In this document: in pieces, positions 14,156-29,258 of the stretch
Layout of the letters: each line of letters opens with the position of its first letter
Numbering within the stretch: position 1 is the first letter of the stretch
Position numbers and translations under genes: made by a program
Notes under the pieces: model-generated
Databases searched by the model: none
What the model saw: the letters and a program-made list of their open reading frames with translations, nothing else
What the model was told of the DNA's origin: nothing
Source: Octopus vulgaris
Lineage: Eukaryota
Direction: 5' to 3'
Assembly: GCA_951406725.2 (NCBI GenBank)
Contig: OX597815.1
Coordinates: forward strand, 167,834,001-167,898,000
DNA length: 64,000 nucleotides

Positions 14156-14188
14156 AAAGGGATAAATAGATAAACATATGTATGTACG

Positions 14189-14241
<53 letters not shown>

Positions 14242-14260
14242 GTATATATATATGTACATA

Positions 14261-14303
<43 letters not shown>

Positions 14304-14705
14304 CAAAGTGGAGTTGTAGGGTACCTACAAACCTTCTTTCGAATATGTATATATATATATATACATGTACTTATATATCTACATACATACAGGCATATGT
14401 ATTTATACAGGGATACATACAGACATGCAAATACATATTTACATACGATAGTCTTCCCCCAAATTTCCGTTAATCAAATTTAGTTCACATGGTATCTTTT
14501 AACTAATGAAAGGAGAGGCGAGATAACATTTTCCTAGACAGCTGCACAGTGAAATAGACTCCGAAAACACGTGGATGTGAAGCAGAAACACCAAAACAAA
14601 TGAAATAGACGAGTGAACATCGCAGCCAGTTAGTAGAACTGCCGGATACAGCAGCTAGTCCTCCGACAAATCACAATATATTGCTTTGCTATATATGTGT
14701 GTATA

Positions 14706-14895
14706 TTCTTTTATTTTCGTACTTGTTTCAGTCATGTGATTGCGGCCATGCTGGAGCACCACATTTAGTCGAACAAATCAAACTCAGGACTTATTCTTTT
14801 GTCTCTTTCACCGAATTGCTAAGAGGAAGTATACACTCCAGCATCGGTTGTCAAGCGATGGTGGAGTGACAAACACAGACACACAAAGACACACA

Positions 14896-14900
<5 letters not shown>
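14706..14900 (-). mobile_element. SINE family B, 3' half
   Basis: GTTTCAGTCATGTGATTGCGGCCATGCTGGAGCACC matches 6532-6568; similar partial copies at 22515-22715 (+), 23170-23372 (-), 33650-33790 (-). Confidence 0.85.
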
Positions 14901-14991
<91 letters not shown>

Positions 14992-15131
14992 CACATATAT
15001 ATATGTAATGCTTGGAAGGAGATACAGGACGGAAATAATAGCATAGGAGCTTTTATATGAGTTCTCAAAAATGTTTCCCGTGAACGAACTTAAAGGATTT
15101 ATATATATGTGCGTGCGTGTGTGTATGTACG

Positions 15132-15171
<40 letters not shown>

Positions 15172-15172
<1 letters not shown>

Positions 15173-15232
15173 TAGCTGAAGGTGACCCGCTCTACGCGCG
15201 GGTAAGAGTGTGGTATATATATAAATGTATAG

Positions 15233-15310
<78 letters not shown>

Positions 15311-15847
15311 TATATACACTTGTATATATATATATATTTGTTCTCATGATTGTGTGGTGGATGTGGCGATGATAATTCTCTCTATGAATGCAGACAGACG
15401 TAGAGAGAGAGAGCGTGTGAAAGCGCTGTCGAAAAGGTGATATATGAAAGAGAGGACTGAAAAATGAAATATTTTGAAATCTAAACATGATACAGGAAGA
15501 CAGGCAGACAATAGAATGCGATGGCGAGATTCATAATATTTGTTCTCATGACTGTGTTGTGGTGGTGGCGATGATAATTCTCTCTATGAATGCAGACAGC
15601 GAGATATAGAACGCCGTTTGACGAAGTTATAAAGAGAAACTGAAGGGGAGTTAGACGCCGTTATCGACGTTATATATAGGAAGTGATGGGAAGGGAGGAA
15701 ATAGAGTGAGTGAGGGAGGAAGACAGATACATAAAAGAATGAGAGTGGACTTGTCAAAGTGGGTTTTTGGTCCTAGCAACGGCACCTTTTAAGATAGGGA
15801 TTTCCAGACAAACAAACAAACTTTTCACATTTCAGTTTTATAAATAG

Positions 15848-15848
<1 letters not shown>
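15172..15848 (-). mobile_element. Non-autonomous Helitron, family 2
   Basis: Minus strand A|TCTATTTATAAAAC start; GC hairpin CCCGCGCGTAGAGCGGG about 10 nt before terminal CTAG|T; internal ~65-bp direct repeat (15334-15400 / 15536-15600). Confidence 0.8.
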
Positions 15849-15892
<44 letters not shown>

Positions 15893-15956
15893 TTGCTGAC
15901 TGTCTTTCTTCTTCTTTTTCTTATAATAATAATAATAATAATTATCATTATTATTA

Positions 15957-16008
<52 letters not shown>

Positions 16009-16016
16009 TATTATTA

Positions 16017-16060
<44 letters not shown>

Positions 16061-16061
<1 letters not shown>

Positions 16062-16413
16062 GGGCGTCCAAATTAGTGAGGCCTGTATCTTTCGACCTGT
16101 GCAGCATGGGAGGCCCTATCATAAATTTGTGCTCCGCTAGTATGGCTCTGAGGTTCATTGAGACACACAATGTACCACGCTTCAACAACCTTGTGGTGGA
16201 CATTACCTTTCAGTAAACGTTAAATTTGTCAATTTGGCAACTTGAAATGTTTGCAGGGAAAACTCCCCCATAAGCCAAGGTAATACACGGGAAAATACTT
16301 GATTATTGAAGTCTGGATTTTACTATCGATGATAGGTTGAAAATAATGGAACCATGTATAGGAGCTTCTTGTGGTCATCAGATTTGATCTGACTAGTGTT
16401 GCCAACTAAGTAA
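16061..16413 (+). repeat. Duplicated ~350-bp segment, copy 1 (first ~130 bp resembles an antisense RTE-LINE 5' UTR)
   Basis: Colinear and highly similar to 29851-30189; RTE resemblance is from recall of GACCTGT...GCATGGGAGGCCCTA...GCTCT..GG.TCATT. Confidence 0.85.
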
Positions 16414-17544
16414 ATATTCCACAAACATAAGAACGTTTGAATAAGAAGCATGCTGGCAGAAATATTTAATGCAGTTAGGAAAGAGATCCATAGTAACAGA
16501 TAACAAGCGAATCTCAGAACATAAGTAACGGCATCGTATTTCATCTTTCCGAATTCGATAAATCAGTACCAGTGAAGCACTGGAGCATTTATAATCAAGT
16601 ATGTCTTCCGCTAAAACCTGTAATTTTGTACCTAAATTAAAAATCATATTTCACTGCAGAGTTTGTTATTAAATTTTCAAAAGGAATGAATTTTTTTTTC
16701 TTTTGACAGTAGTGTTTCCGCTTTACCAAATAAGATGGTAGTTTACCTTCGACAAGTTAGCTCATTATTAAACAGATAATAATAATAATAATAATAAGCT
16801 ATAATAATAATTATTAATAATAAAAATAAAATAAAAAAATGTAACAGAGGATGTATCCTTCAAGCATGGGAGACCCCATTATAAATTTGGTAATGTATTT
16901 CAAAGATCTGGCTCATTGAGCTTTAAATATCAACAACAATTTGGTTGAAGTTCATAAGATAAACATTTATTCCTTTGTCATCTCTCTTTCTTATCCCCGA
17001 TCTACACTCATCCTACACTTCATTCGGAAATATACGTATATTGAGTTCTACATCGGGTCATTGGTTTCGCAATGCCTCAGTGAATCTTTATAGTCAGTTT
17101 GTTCTCTCACATTTAGTCTTCCTCTTTGATACTCTAACACCATTATTCTCGAAAATTTGGCATACATAATCTGAAGGAAACTAAAGAAAATAGTTAATTC
17201 AGCTCTGTCATCACAAACTCGAAAATGTCATCACCAACATAAAAAGCACTGGAGCATATAATCAAACTATGTCTTCCGCTAGAACCTGTTGTCACCAATA
17301 TCAGTGTAAAATTCATATTTCACTGCAGAGATATTGTGTGCTCTTTCAATTTTTTCTGCCTCACTTTCTGGCGTGAGATATTTCCACAGAACACCAAAAC
17401 TTTCATTTAACAGTATTAAAATATACAGTTAATCCCACAATAACATTATCAATCAAACGATAAAAGAATTTATTTAACAGAGATGTTTCAAGTATCACCA
17501 TAGTAATTCTGGGTAATTTATATTAGGTTGGCATAAAGTTCGTA

Positions 17545-19980
17545 TAATCATGCGCCCTTCTCTCTAAATTCATACTTCCATACCCGTAGGGTAATTTTCT
17601 TTGTTTTTCCAATTCAAAATCTAACGCCATTTTTTTTTGTTTCACTTCAGATACTTTTCCAGTTGTTTTGTTTATTCATCAAATTTTTCAGGGAGATTTT
17701 CAATTCTAGATCGCTTTCTATTCAATATCACATATCTAACTTGAGTATTTTGTCGAACAAGTCGGCTGATATTATCACACAGACGAAAATTTTAAACTAT
17801 GCTAATACTCTCTTTACTTCATTCCTTGTCTTGGCGATTAAGCTCTAATAGTTCATGCGATGTTAACTGAATGCTGATAAGATGAGATACAATTTTTTTT
17901 ATATTTTCAAGTCTTTTACACCACCTGATTTCTGATATGCCATGAGGAGAAAAAATCCAGGCTATCTTTAAGCAATTCTCTGCGTTCGAGGCTGGATATT
18001 TTGAAACCATTTGAACAGTTTGAAAATATTGGTTCACCCCATAAATAATGCGGTTTTTTAATACTTCTTTTGTTTTTCAAAATTAAGATAAACGATTTTT
18101 TTTTAAATCTAAAATATACTCTCCTTCATTTTCTACACTGCTCTCCCATCTATCTGGTAGACTTGCGAGGCCCCGCTTCCAAAATTCACTTGTCCGTGAC
18201 GAAAAATGCTCCTCAAGTACTGTTCTACCTCGTATAGAGAATTCATATTTTTTCCGTTCAAATGATTTTGAAGACTGCAGAATAAATGATAATTAGATGG
18301 GGCAATGTCCGGTGAATATGGTGTGTAGGGCATCATTTTCTATTCAAACTTCTCCAGCCTTTGGAATGTTATCCTCGCTGTATGTGGCCGAGCATTATCC
18401 TGAAATCAAAGACAATCGTTTTTCTTCTAGTGTTGACTTCAGCTGCTCAAGCTGGTCGCAGTAGATCTCCTTTGTTATCTATTAGTTTGGATTTAAAAGT
18501 TCAAAGTGGACTAAACCTTTCATATCCCACCAAACAGGTAACAACAACTTACGTGGGTGAAGACCTTCTTTAGCCCAGAGTGCCGGTGTTTCTCCTTTCC
18601 CTTCCTACTGTCTTCTGCGCCTGACATATATATATAGAGAACCTATTTCTCGTCACCAGTCACTATTCGATCCAAAAAAGGTTCATTCGTGAGATGTGAC
18701 AGCAAAGAAGAGCACATATTCACTCAATGCGCGCGATTTGACTCGGGAAGTTTGTGAGGAACCCATTGACCCAATTTGCTGACTTTTCCGATGGCACAAA
18801 GGTTTCCATGAATGGCTGAAAGACCAAATCCAAGCTTCTCTGTTAGTTCTTCAATAGTTACGATGGGATTTTTTTCCACCAGGGTTTGCGAGACGTCCTT
18901 GTCGAGCTCTACAGATATTCCCGGACGATGCTTGTCTTCTAGGCTGCAGTTTCCGGATCGGAATTTCTGGAACCACCATTGACACTGGCTTACGCTTATT
19001 GTCCGATCCCCATAAACTGCATTAATATTCTTCTCACTTTTTCCGTTGCGTTGTTGCCTTTATTGAACTCATAAAGCAAGATATGCCGAATATGCTCCTT
19101 TGTCACTTCCATTATAGCTTTGAAAAAGTAACTGCTAAAATCGGACTGCACTCTTCAAAAGTTGCAGTAAGAGTAAGGACAAGGTAAATTTACTACCTGA
19201 TTTTATAGCAAGTTTATTCAGGTATTTTATCCCGACCCCCTCCGACTTTTAGTTCATGCAATTGAAAAAACTGCATTATTTATGGGGTGACCCAATATTC
19301 TATGGATTCTGGTTTGCAGAGGCCTGCGTCATTTCCATGCAAATTGAAAGTAAGACATCCTTACTAAGAACATATTGCCATTGATTGCCATGCTGGCTTC
19401 TCTGTCGCATGCATGCGCCCAAAAGTCAATCTCAGGAATTGCGTTCTCTTCCTAAATTGTTCACGTTTGACTGAACAATCTTTTCCACGTATTTATTGCC
19501 AAAATCTTCAAATTTAAGAAATATTTCTTCTATCTCATACTAACCGCCCTTTAAATTCAGACCCATCGTACTTGAGTAAACACCATTCCATGTGGCTATT
19601 TAGCCTTTCATTTTCTTCTTGTTTTATGTACTGAATGTCTGATACTTGATTTAGCCACTTGCGTCCATCCTTCAGGGAAACAAGTGCCGACTTTGAAACT
19701 GAAGTACTTGTGGTGCGCCAGAAAAGTCGACATCTCTAACAATGATATGGTTCTTTCTTTGGCTCCAAATATGCCAATCCCTCTTAAATACGTCTCCGTT
19801 AGTGCACTGAACTTTCAAGACACTTTATGTTATGTAGTTTAAGAAGTCATGTGCACTGATTATATATCTTTCTAATCTAGGTCTCTACTTGGAAGAGTGT
19901 CTGCTGTCCTTTTCTGCCTTGACTCTTATTCTCTTGATTCTGCCATCATTTGTATGAAGATAGTCGAAATCGATTTCTTT
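17545..19980 (-). pseudogene. Heavily decayed hAT-like transposase relic, interrupted by the 18029-19295 mariner
   Basis: Minus-strand fragments in hAT order: DVFKRDWHIWS (~19780), EASMAING (~19390), VSKYP..SHLISIQLTSHELLEL (ORF 17819-18037), QNTQVRYV (~17740); many stops and frameshifts. Confidence 0.45.
18029..19295 (-). mobile_element. Full-length decayed mariner (DD34D) transposon, second family
   Basis: TA|TTGGTTCACCCCATAAATAATGC ... GCATTATTTATGGGGTGACCCAA|TA; transposase from 19112 MEVTKEHIRHILLYEFNKG, WVPHKL, DRIVTGDEK*, YSPDIAPSNYHLF. Confidence 0.96.
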
Positions 19981-20712
19981 CATATTTCAAAGACACAGTG
20001 AGTATTATGAGTATAAGAATAATAATAATAGTGACCTTTTAGGTTATAATGTTAATGTAAACTACGACAAACAGCCAGAACACAGAAGTCCCTGTGAATC
20101 TTAAAGTGTTTAAGATTAAATTCAGGTTCACTCTATGCAACTTTTATACAACAAGCAATTTATATGTATCTATATGTATTTGGAGTAATATAACTAATTC
20201 TGACTACGTTCTCATTTGTTTATTTAATTAACTTGGACCCATAAAACAGACAGCGTTATCAAATACTTAGTTCGGATATGTTATAATTCATTCAAGCATT
20301 TGGTAGTACTGTACAATACAATCATATGTAAGGCTTGAGTAACATCAGCAGTTGGGAGTCTGGAAAGACAACTTCATCATTCTTTTAGAATCTGTTGATT
20401 TGGAACTTCCTTTTGCCAATTAACCTTCATCAAAATTCTTTCATATTGGTTTGTAAAGCCATCGTATCACATCTTTATTGCTTAATTAAATAACTGATTT
20501 CAACTTGGGGAAAAATAATATTTAGATAAATGGATTAAAGTCTTTCACATATTTCATTTCCTTTCCATAGGTTTACTTTTATTGTCAAGTATTCGATAAA
20601 CCTGCTTATATAATTATATATTTTTACACACATACAGGTTAAAAAATTTTTTAATAAATAATTTATACCATTGGTTAGAATGCGTAATAAAATTCAGAAG
20701 ACACTATTACAT

Positions 20713-20764
<52 letters not shown>

Positions 20765-20910
20765 TGTATGTATGTATGTATGTATGTATGTATGTATGTA
20801 TGTATGTATGTATGTATGTATGTATGTGTGTGTGTATGTATGTATGTATATGTGGCTGTGTGCCTGTATGTATGTAATGTATACGTGTGTGTGTATTTAT
20901 ATATATATTC

Positions 20911-21330
20911 AATTAGAGGATATGTTAACTTCCTAAAGGGATGGTTACATCCAAGGAAATACTGATTCAATACCTAGTATTGTTGTGAAATGAAATTCCC
21001 TTAAAACAATAGGGATATATTAAGCATATGGCTTATATCCAGTGAATTATCTCCATTTTACCAGTACTGCCCTTTTATATATCTATTACTGTATGCTTAG
21101 TATATACCTGTATTTATTATTATATACTTAATATAAACTTATTGTTTTAAGGCAATTTCATTCCCCAACAATACTAGGTATTGAAATAGTATTTCCTAGG
21201 ATGTTACCATCCCTTTACGAGGCCAACATATCCTCTAATTAATTTTAATCATTAACTTTTATTTATTGCTCTAGTAATAATTATATAAAAGGACTATACT
21301 AGTAAAATGGAGATAATTTACTGGATATAA
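20911..21330. repeat. Interleaved inverted repeats a-b-a'-b'
   Basis: a 20911-21011 vs a' 21140-21240 (about 11 mismatches in 101); b 21033-21090 vs b' 21273-21330 (about 7 mismatches in 58). Confidence 0.9.
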
Positions 21331-21368
21331 ACTATATATATATATGTTTGTATGCATGTGTGTGTATG

Positions 21369-21404
<36 letters not shown>

Positions 21405-21533
21405 TGTATGTATGTATGTATGTATGTGTGTGTGTGTGTATATATATATTGTTTGTTTGTATTCCACCTGCCTTCGTCTTTTGTTTATTTCCGTAAATGG
21501 TTCGTCTTTTGTCTATTTTCATAAAGCTTCCCG

Positions 21534-22316
<783 letters not shown>

Positions 22317-22430
22317 ATTCTATTAAGAACGTAGTAGGGCACAGTATAAAGCTCGTCCACTTTCAGATTTCACCCAGGCCTATCCAACAGTAATATTATA
22401 CCTACTGCCAGATTTGCCTTGGGGCTTCTA

Positions 22431-22500
<70 letters not shown>

Positions 22501-24156
22501 ACACTCGCGTGAATATGTACTTTTGTTTTTGTGCTTGTCTCCCACTATCACGTGACAACCGATTTTGATTTGTTTACATCCTCTGTAACTTGGGTATGAG
22601 TGACAATAGAAGGCTTTAAAAAATACTTGTATCGATTCTTCCACTGATGCCCTTCAAGGCGGTGCCCCAGTATGGCTGCTGTCCAATGACTGAAATACGT
22701 AAAAGATAAAATATAAAAAGAAGATATTAAATAATTAAATTGTAGATAAATACCTGAAATAAAGTTAAGGTAAAAACAATGAAGTATTAGAGCTTTCGCG
22801 AAACAGCAGTCTGATTGGGATATTCCACGTATAAAGTTATGCCAAGTTATCCATAATGACAAGCTTAAATATCACCGCGCCAAAAAGAACAGATTGTAAG
22901 GGGAAGACATTCTTTAGTTTTCATTCCAGCAGCCAAATTTCATTTGGATGATTCGATTAAACTGGTTCAATATTGGCACAAAGGAATATACAGTAAACTC
23001 TATAACCAGTATTCTAGGTTATCGTTTTCTAAAACTCATTGATAATATTGCAGTGTATTAAGGGTTAATGTTGTCTATTGAAGTATTGTATGATGTAGTA
23101 TGTATGTATGTTTATGTATTTTAAATGTATGTATGTATCAATATGTGTGTATGTATTTATATATATATATTGTTTCAGTCATTTGATTGTGGCCATGCTG
23201 GAGCACCGCCTTTTTTAGTCATGCAAATCGATCCCAGGACTTATTCTTTGTAAGCCTAGTACTTATTCTATAGGTATATTTTGCCGAACCGCTCAGTTAC
23301 AGGGACGTACACAATCCAGTATCGGTTGTCAAGCGATGTTGGGGGGGGGGACAAACACAGACACACAAACACACTACTGTCAAGTTTTGGTAGATTTCAG
23401 GAGTAAATCGACCAAAATTTAAGGAATTTCATTCTAACTTCTAAATTGTTTTGAAGCCGTATCGTATCTTTGTAATGCCATATGGTTTTTAGTTGTGTTC
23501 TAGTTGTTGGTGATGTATATTCTCCTCATATTTTATTTAATACAGTTTATTGTAAATATATCTCAGCCAATCTCTTCCTTTGCCACCATTAACGTCTTTA
23601 AGATCTTGACTGAAAAACAGACGCTGTGCAGAACTCTCGAGATAAGAATCTAACCATAAATTAATATCTGGGCGTTGATCTCGCAATTTTGTTGTCGTTG
23701 AACAGTATAGATTCAGTAGTGAGCGAAAAAAGAAGAGAGAATATAAAAATTCTGACTTTCAAATGTTTTCTTCCTTTCAAATTTCTTAAAGATGTCCTGC
23801 TTTTCTTTCTGTCACCCAATATATCTCATTCTCATTCTCTTTGTGTTTATTTATCTGTTGGTGCTGTTGTTTTTGCAGTTCGGCCGTCTGTTAGAGTATC
23901 TGTTTATCTATTTTATTGTTTGTATAGCTGATTCTGTGGGTTTCTCGCCGTCTGTCTATCTGGCCAACTGTCTCTCTATCTGTGTGACTACTTGTCCATC
24001 TTCTTCTTTAGTTGTTTGTCCATCAACTTGTTTTAGAGTTTCTTTGTCTTTTAAACTCTTTACTGCCACTTTCATTATTACTTCTCTGTTTATGAGCATA
24101 TATATACATACATACATATATACACATATGTGTATATGTATATATGTATATGTATA

Positions 24157-24224
<68 letters not shown>

Positions 24225-24265
24225 GGGTGTATATATGTGTGTGTATGTATGTATATATATATATG

Positions 24266-24331
<66 letters not shown>

Positions 24332-24334
<3 letters not shown>

Positions 24335-24988
24335 GGTGCGATGGATAAATTGTCGCCATTTTATATTTTTATTTCGCGCATGTGCATTGTTTATTTTTGA
24401 TTTTATCGACTACATACTATAGTAGGGTCAGCTGGGCACCGTCTGTGACAAAACAGGACCATGACGCAATTCACTCTGCAAGAAATTTCGAAACGACATG
24501 CTGTCCTGTTTAGCATTCGCGCCGAAAGCTCCGATACGACCATTTCAGAGTGTTTGGGTGTCAATCTGAGGACAGTGCTGGGGTTTCGGAAAGAGTTGGA
24601 TGAGTCTAATGATGACTACGAAGGTACGGCAGCTCGGAATTCTTGCTCTGATCGCCCTGATAAAAAAAGGACTCCTGAATTTGTTGGTTGGATCCAGGCT
24701 ATGATTGACAACGAGCCCTCCAAGTTAATCAGGTCCATCGGCAGGGACATGGGCGTGTCTGAGTTTCTTATCAAGCAGGTAGGGCATGAAGACATTCAGT
24801 ATTCCTCATACAAGATTACAAAGAATCATTTTTTATCCTAAGCCATCAAGGACAAGAGGAAAGCTTTTGAACAAACTTAAGCATCCCTTCCAACCGAACA
24901 TGCTTGGGTTTTTCTCAGACGAGAAAAATTTCTTTCAAGATCAGACAGTAAACAAATAGAACAATCGTTGGCTTGCTGTATCCCCAAA
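24332..24988 (+). mobile_element. 5' half of a DD37D (maT)-like Tc1/mariner element
   Basis: TA|CAGGGTG start; ORF 24461-24841 with two HTH-like regions, continuing after a stop and frameshift into FFSDEKNF..DQTVNK*NNRWLA; cut off by (CA)n. Confidence 0.85.
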
Positions 24989-26301
24989 ACACACACACAC
25001 ACACACACACATACAAACACATACATACATACATACATACATACATACATACATACATACATACATACATACATACATGTATATAAATATATGTATAATG
25101 GCTCCCCAGATACATAACGGACGGGTGTAGTGATCTTGATGCGTATCCGAAATCGGAATCAAACCTATTTAACAGGTTCCTTATGTTTACCAATGGACAG
25201 ATTGCACAGGCATTTGTTTACATTTGCCTGGTGTATCCACTCATGCAATCTCAATTAAAATTACTTTACAAAATGTCCTAATTAGTACAGTATGCTTATA
25301 TGTGTATCTATGTATGTCTCCAATTTCTCTTTCTATTTGCATCTCAGGCTAATTAATGCATACTTCAAAATCTCTCTCGCCCAATCATCTCTTCTTTCCT
25401 CATTTTGTAACGCTCTTTCAATTTCCATTTCACTACCTATTTCATTGTAGCTAATTAATTTTCAAGTCTCTTTCTTTCTCTCTGTCGTTATATCTTTACA
25501 TCACTCTCATTTTGTCTCACACTTTCTGCGCGTGTGTGTATGTGTGTATGTATTTGTGTATGTGTGCGTTTTGTGTATATTACGTATATATGTTTGTGTG
25601 TGAAAGACAGAGAAATTGTGAATGTTCGTAACTGAATCGGCGGGTTTTATCTGAGTATTCTTGTGACTCAGCAATTATTATCAACTTTGCTTCTTTATCA
25701 CCGTGTTGATGTTCTCCTGCCTCAATGTCAATGTCTCAGAAAATTTATGTTTATCTTTTTGGGTGTCAGCATCTCTTTCTATCCGTATTTCTCCATCTCC
25801 TCTCTCACTTTCTCTATCTTTTCCTCTCCCCCCTCCACTTCTCTTTCCTTTCCTCAATCATTTTATCTGTGTCTAAGTATTGTTTTTCGTTTAAATTTTC
25901 TGTATATTGCTTATCTGATGGTTTGCGTCATTTTTTGCTTTTATAGTTTTTAAATGTCCGTCTCAATATTTTTTTGTTTTCTTTACTTACCAGATTATGA
26001 TTTTCAGTATGGGAGTTTTGTTAAATGAGCTTCGACGCTTTCAAAGCAAGGTTTTATGATGTCTACTTGCTTAAATTCAGTCGTCTTTATGTTCCTTTAT
26101 TAAAATTCGTCTCAATTTGAAATATAATTCCTCTGCCAACGAACTATACAGCTGCTTTTTCGACATCAACTTCAACGTCATTAATTTTACTATTAACTTA
26201 CTAACAATATAGAATTCAGAATATTCCTGTTAATATATCAGTTGCTGTTGTGTGTGTTTGTTTTTTCTGCTGTTGACAGGGATTCCTGATTTATTGTATA
26301 T

Positions 26302-26785
<484 letters not shown>

Positions 26786-26947
26786 CAACACACCCACCCT
26801 AATATTATCAACTAATTTTATCAATTCGCACAAAGTGTGATGGGACAAGCCATATGCTTCAGTGAAGTCAACCATTTCAACGAACGATCTTCGATTGAAT
26901 CTAATCCACAGCACAAACGCCATTAATTGCTTGCTTTTATTATTATC

Positions 26948-27495
26948 GCTGTCGCGCGTGGAACAGATCAGGATGTCAACTGAATCCATCGTGAAGATCA
27001 CCCCGCCGCCTTTCTTTAACCGGGAAGGGCAAGCTATCCTTATATATCTGGTGACCATGACGAAAGAGGTTTATGGTAGAGGAGACTAAAGGGGCTGAAG
27101 ACAAACGCCTTTCTCTCTGCTCAATCCCTGATCAACTTCCTCAACTTTCACTTAAAGAGAAAAATGAAGGTAGAGAGGGAAGTGTTGTCTTCGAGCCAGT
27201 TTGCTAAAATGTGACGAGAATCGTGCAAGTGAACGGGCTAGTCTTGAGCATATGCTTGTAATTGGAGGAAAAGGAGAAAAGGCACCTGCCCCAAAAGTCA
27301 GATCACCCATGGTTTTATGGAGTTTTTCGAACGTCTCCTCTCCATTGAGGATTAAACATTCGTGAATTTTTTCCCCTCATGTTAACCTTTTTTACATGTA
27401 AAACACTCACAACAACGCACACTCACACACATTCTTCGTTTGTCTTGTACTGTCCATGTCTTTCTTAATGTAAACCCTTTGTGGTTAATGAAGAA
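26948..27495 (+). mobile_element. 5'-truncated L1/Tx1-like LINE 3' end with TSD
   Basis: LSRVEQIRMSTESIVKITPPPFFNREG..TKEV then QSLINFLNFHLKRKMKVERE, homologous to 36369-36530; flanked by ATTATTATC at 26939-26947 and 27496-27504. Confidence 0.8.
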
Positions 27496-27630
27496 ATTAT
27501 TATCATTTTAGTTTGGCTCACGTTCGGTCTCATTCCTGGTACGATTTATGTGGGTAGTGGGTTACTGCCTGTAACCTACAAGTTTTGAGTAGTCTTTCAA
27601 GTGCTTAGAACCCTCCAATTGTTATTGTTG

Positions 27631-27746
<116 letters not shown>

Positions 27747-28300
27747 GGGTGAGAGAGCAGTGCATGCCATCAAAATGACACTGGGGTAAAATATACGAAG
27801 CCCAGTATACCTATCATGACTACCCGCCCGATAAGGGTACATCAGGCACATGCATCACAACCATATGTGCGCGACATGGTGATCTCATATCAAGATAAAG
27901 AGCGCATGACCTTGCAAGTGGGGCCCAGTTAGAATTTTCTTCTGGTCGAGTAGCCCATTCCGCTCAAAAGGTCCATGAATGTGGATTGTTTAAGGATGTT
28001 GAACGAAACACCCATGTTTCTAAAGGTGAATTATCCAAACCTCTATGAATTCCTTTCAACACACGGCTATGATGCTCCCCCACTACTTCTGCTCATGATC
28101 AGAGATGCACGTATCGTCAGCCACTAAGGGACATGCTCAACTGGTTAAGGTCAAACAGCTGACAAGCAAATCTGTGGTATTGAGTAAAATATTTGCTGTA
28201 GTTCATCTTTTATACCAAGACAAAAAAATGTACATGATAACACTTCCAATCAGTTAAGATCAGAAGCCATGAGAGCTACTGCCTGGTACTGCATCAGGGC
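27747..28300 (-). mobile_element. Dispersed ~550-bp AAT-associated element, copy 2 (apparently complete)
   Basis: Reverse complement of 1827-2285 plus extra ends; embedded between (ATT)n tracts 27619-27746 and 28301-28387. Confidence 0.88.
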
Positions 28301-28301
28301 A

Positions 28302-28389
<88 letters not shown>

Positions 28390-28848
28390 CTAATTTTGGC
28401 ACAAAGCCAGCAATTTTGAGGTAGAGGAGTTGATTACAGTGACTCCAAGGGTTAACTAATACTTATTTTTTCGACCCTTAAAATGATAAACAAAGAAGTT
28501 GATCTCGACGACATTTGAACTTAGAACGTAAAGCCGAAAGATATGCTGCTAAACATTTTGTCCGATGCGATGATGATGATGATGATGATGATAATCTCTT
28601 CTGCTAGAGGCACGAGGTCTGAAATTTTAGGGAAAATGGTAAATCAATTACATCGATCCCAGTTTTTAACTGGTACTTATTTTATCGTCCCCGAAGTTTG
28701 AAAGGTAAAGTCGATGTCGGCGGAATTTGAAAATTAGTTTCAAATTTTGGCACATGGCCAGAAACTTCGTGGTGGTGGAGTGATTGGTTGATTACATCGA
28801 CCCCACTGTCCAATTATTATTATTATCATCATAATTATTATGATTATG

Positions 28849-28896
<48 letters not shown>

Positions 28897-29085
28897 TCAA
28901 ATTTTTGCACAAGACCAGCAACTTTAAGGGGAAAGGGCTAGTTGACTACATCGACCGCAGTGTTCAACTGGTACTTAATTTATTGACCCCGAAAGGATGA
29001 AATTTGAACTCAAAACCTAAAGATGGACGAAATGCCATTAAGCATTTCGCTCGGAGTGCTAACCATTCAGCCAGCTCAGCGCCTT
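28390..29085 (-). mobile_element. Cluster of decayed SINE family A copies
   Basis: Repeated GGCACAAG.CCAG / ACTGGTACTTAT / AAAGTCGA / ATTTGAAC motifs. Confidence 0.8.
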
Positions 29086-29093
29086 GATGGTAA

Positions 29094-29137
<44 letters not shown>

Positions 29138-29160
29138 ACAACAACAACAACAACAACAGC

Positions 29161-29258
<98 letters not shown>

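Noticed and set aside
16373-16381. Other CTGATGA hits (minus 16375 and 30165; plus 33648 and 46215)
   Set aside because: No correctly placed GAAA box or closing stems
17521-17545. Mariner-like TIR TATTAGGTTGGCATAAAGTTCG
   Set aside because: No partner TIR or mariner transposase found; too short to call an element
25994-26050. Possible exon after strong acceptor TTCTTTACTTACCAG
   Set aside because: No good donor and no recognisable peptide
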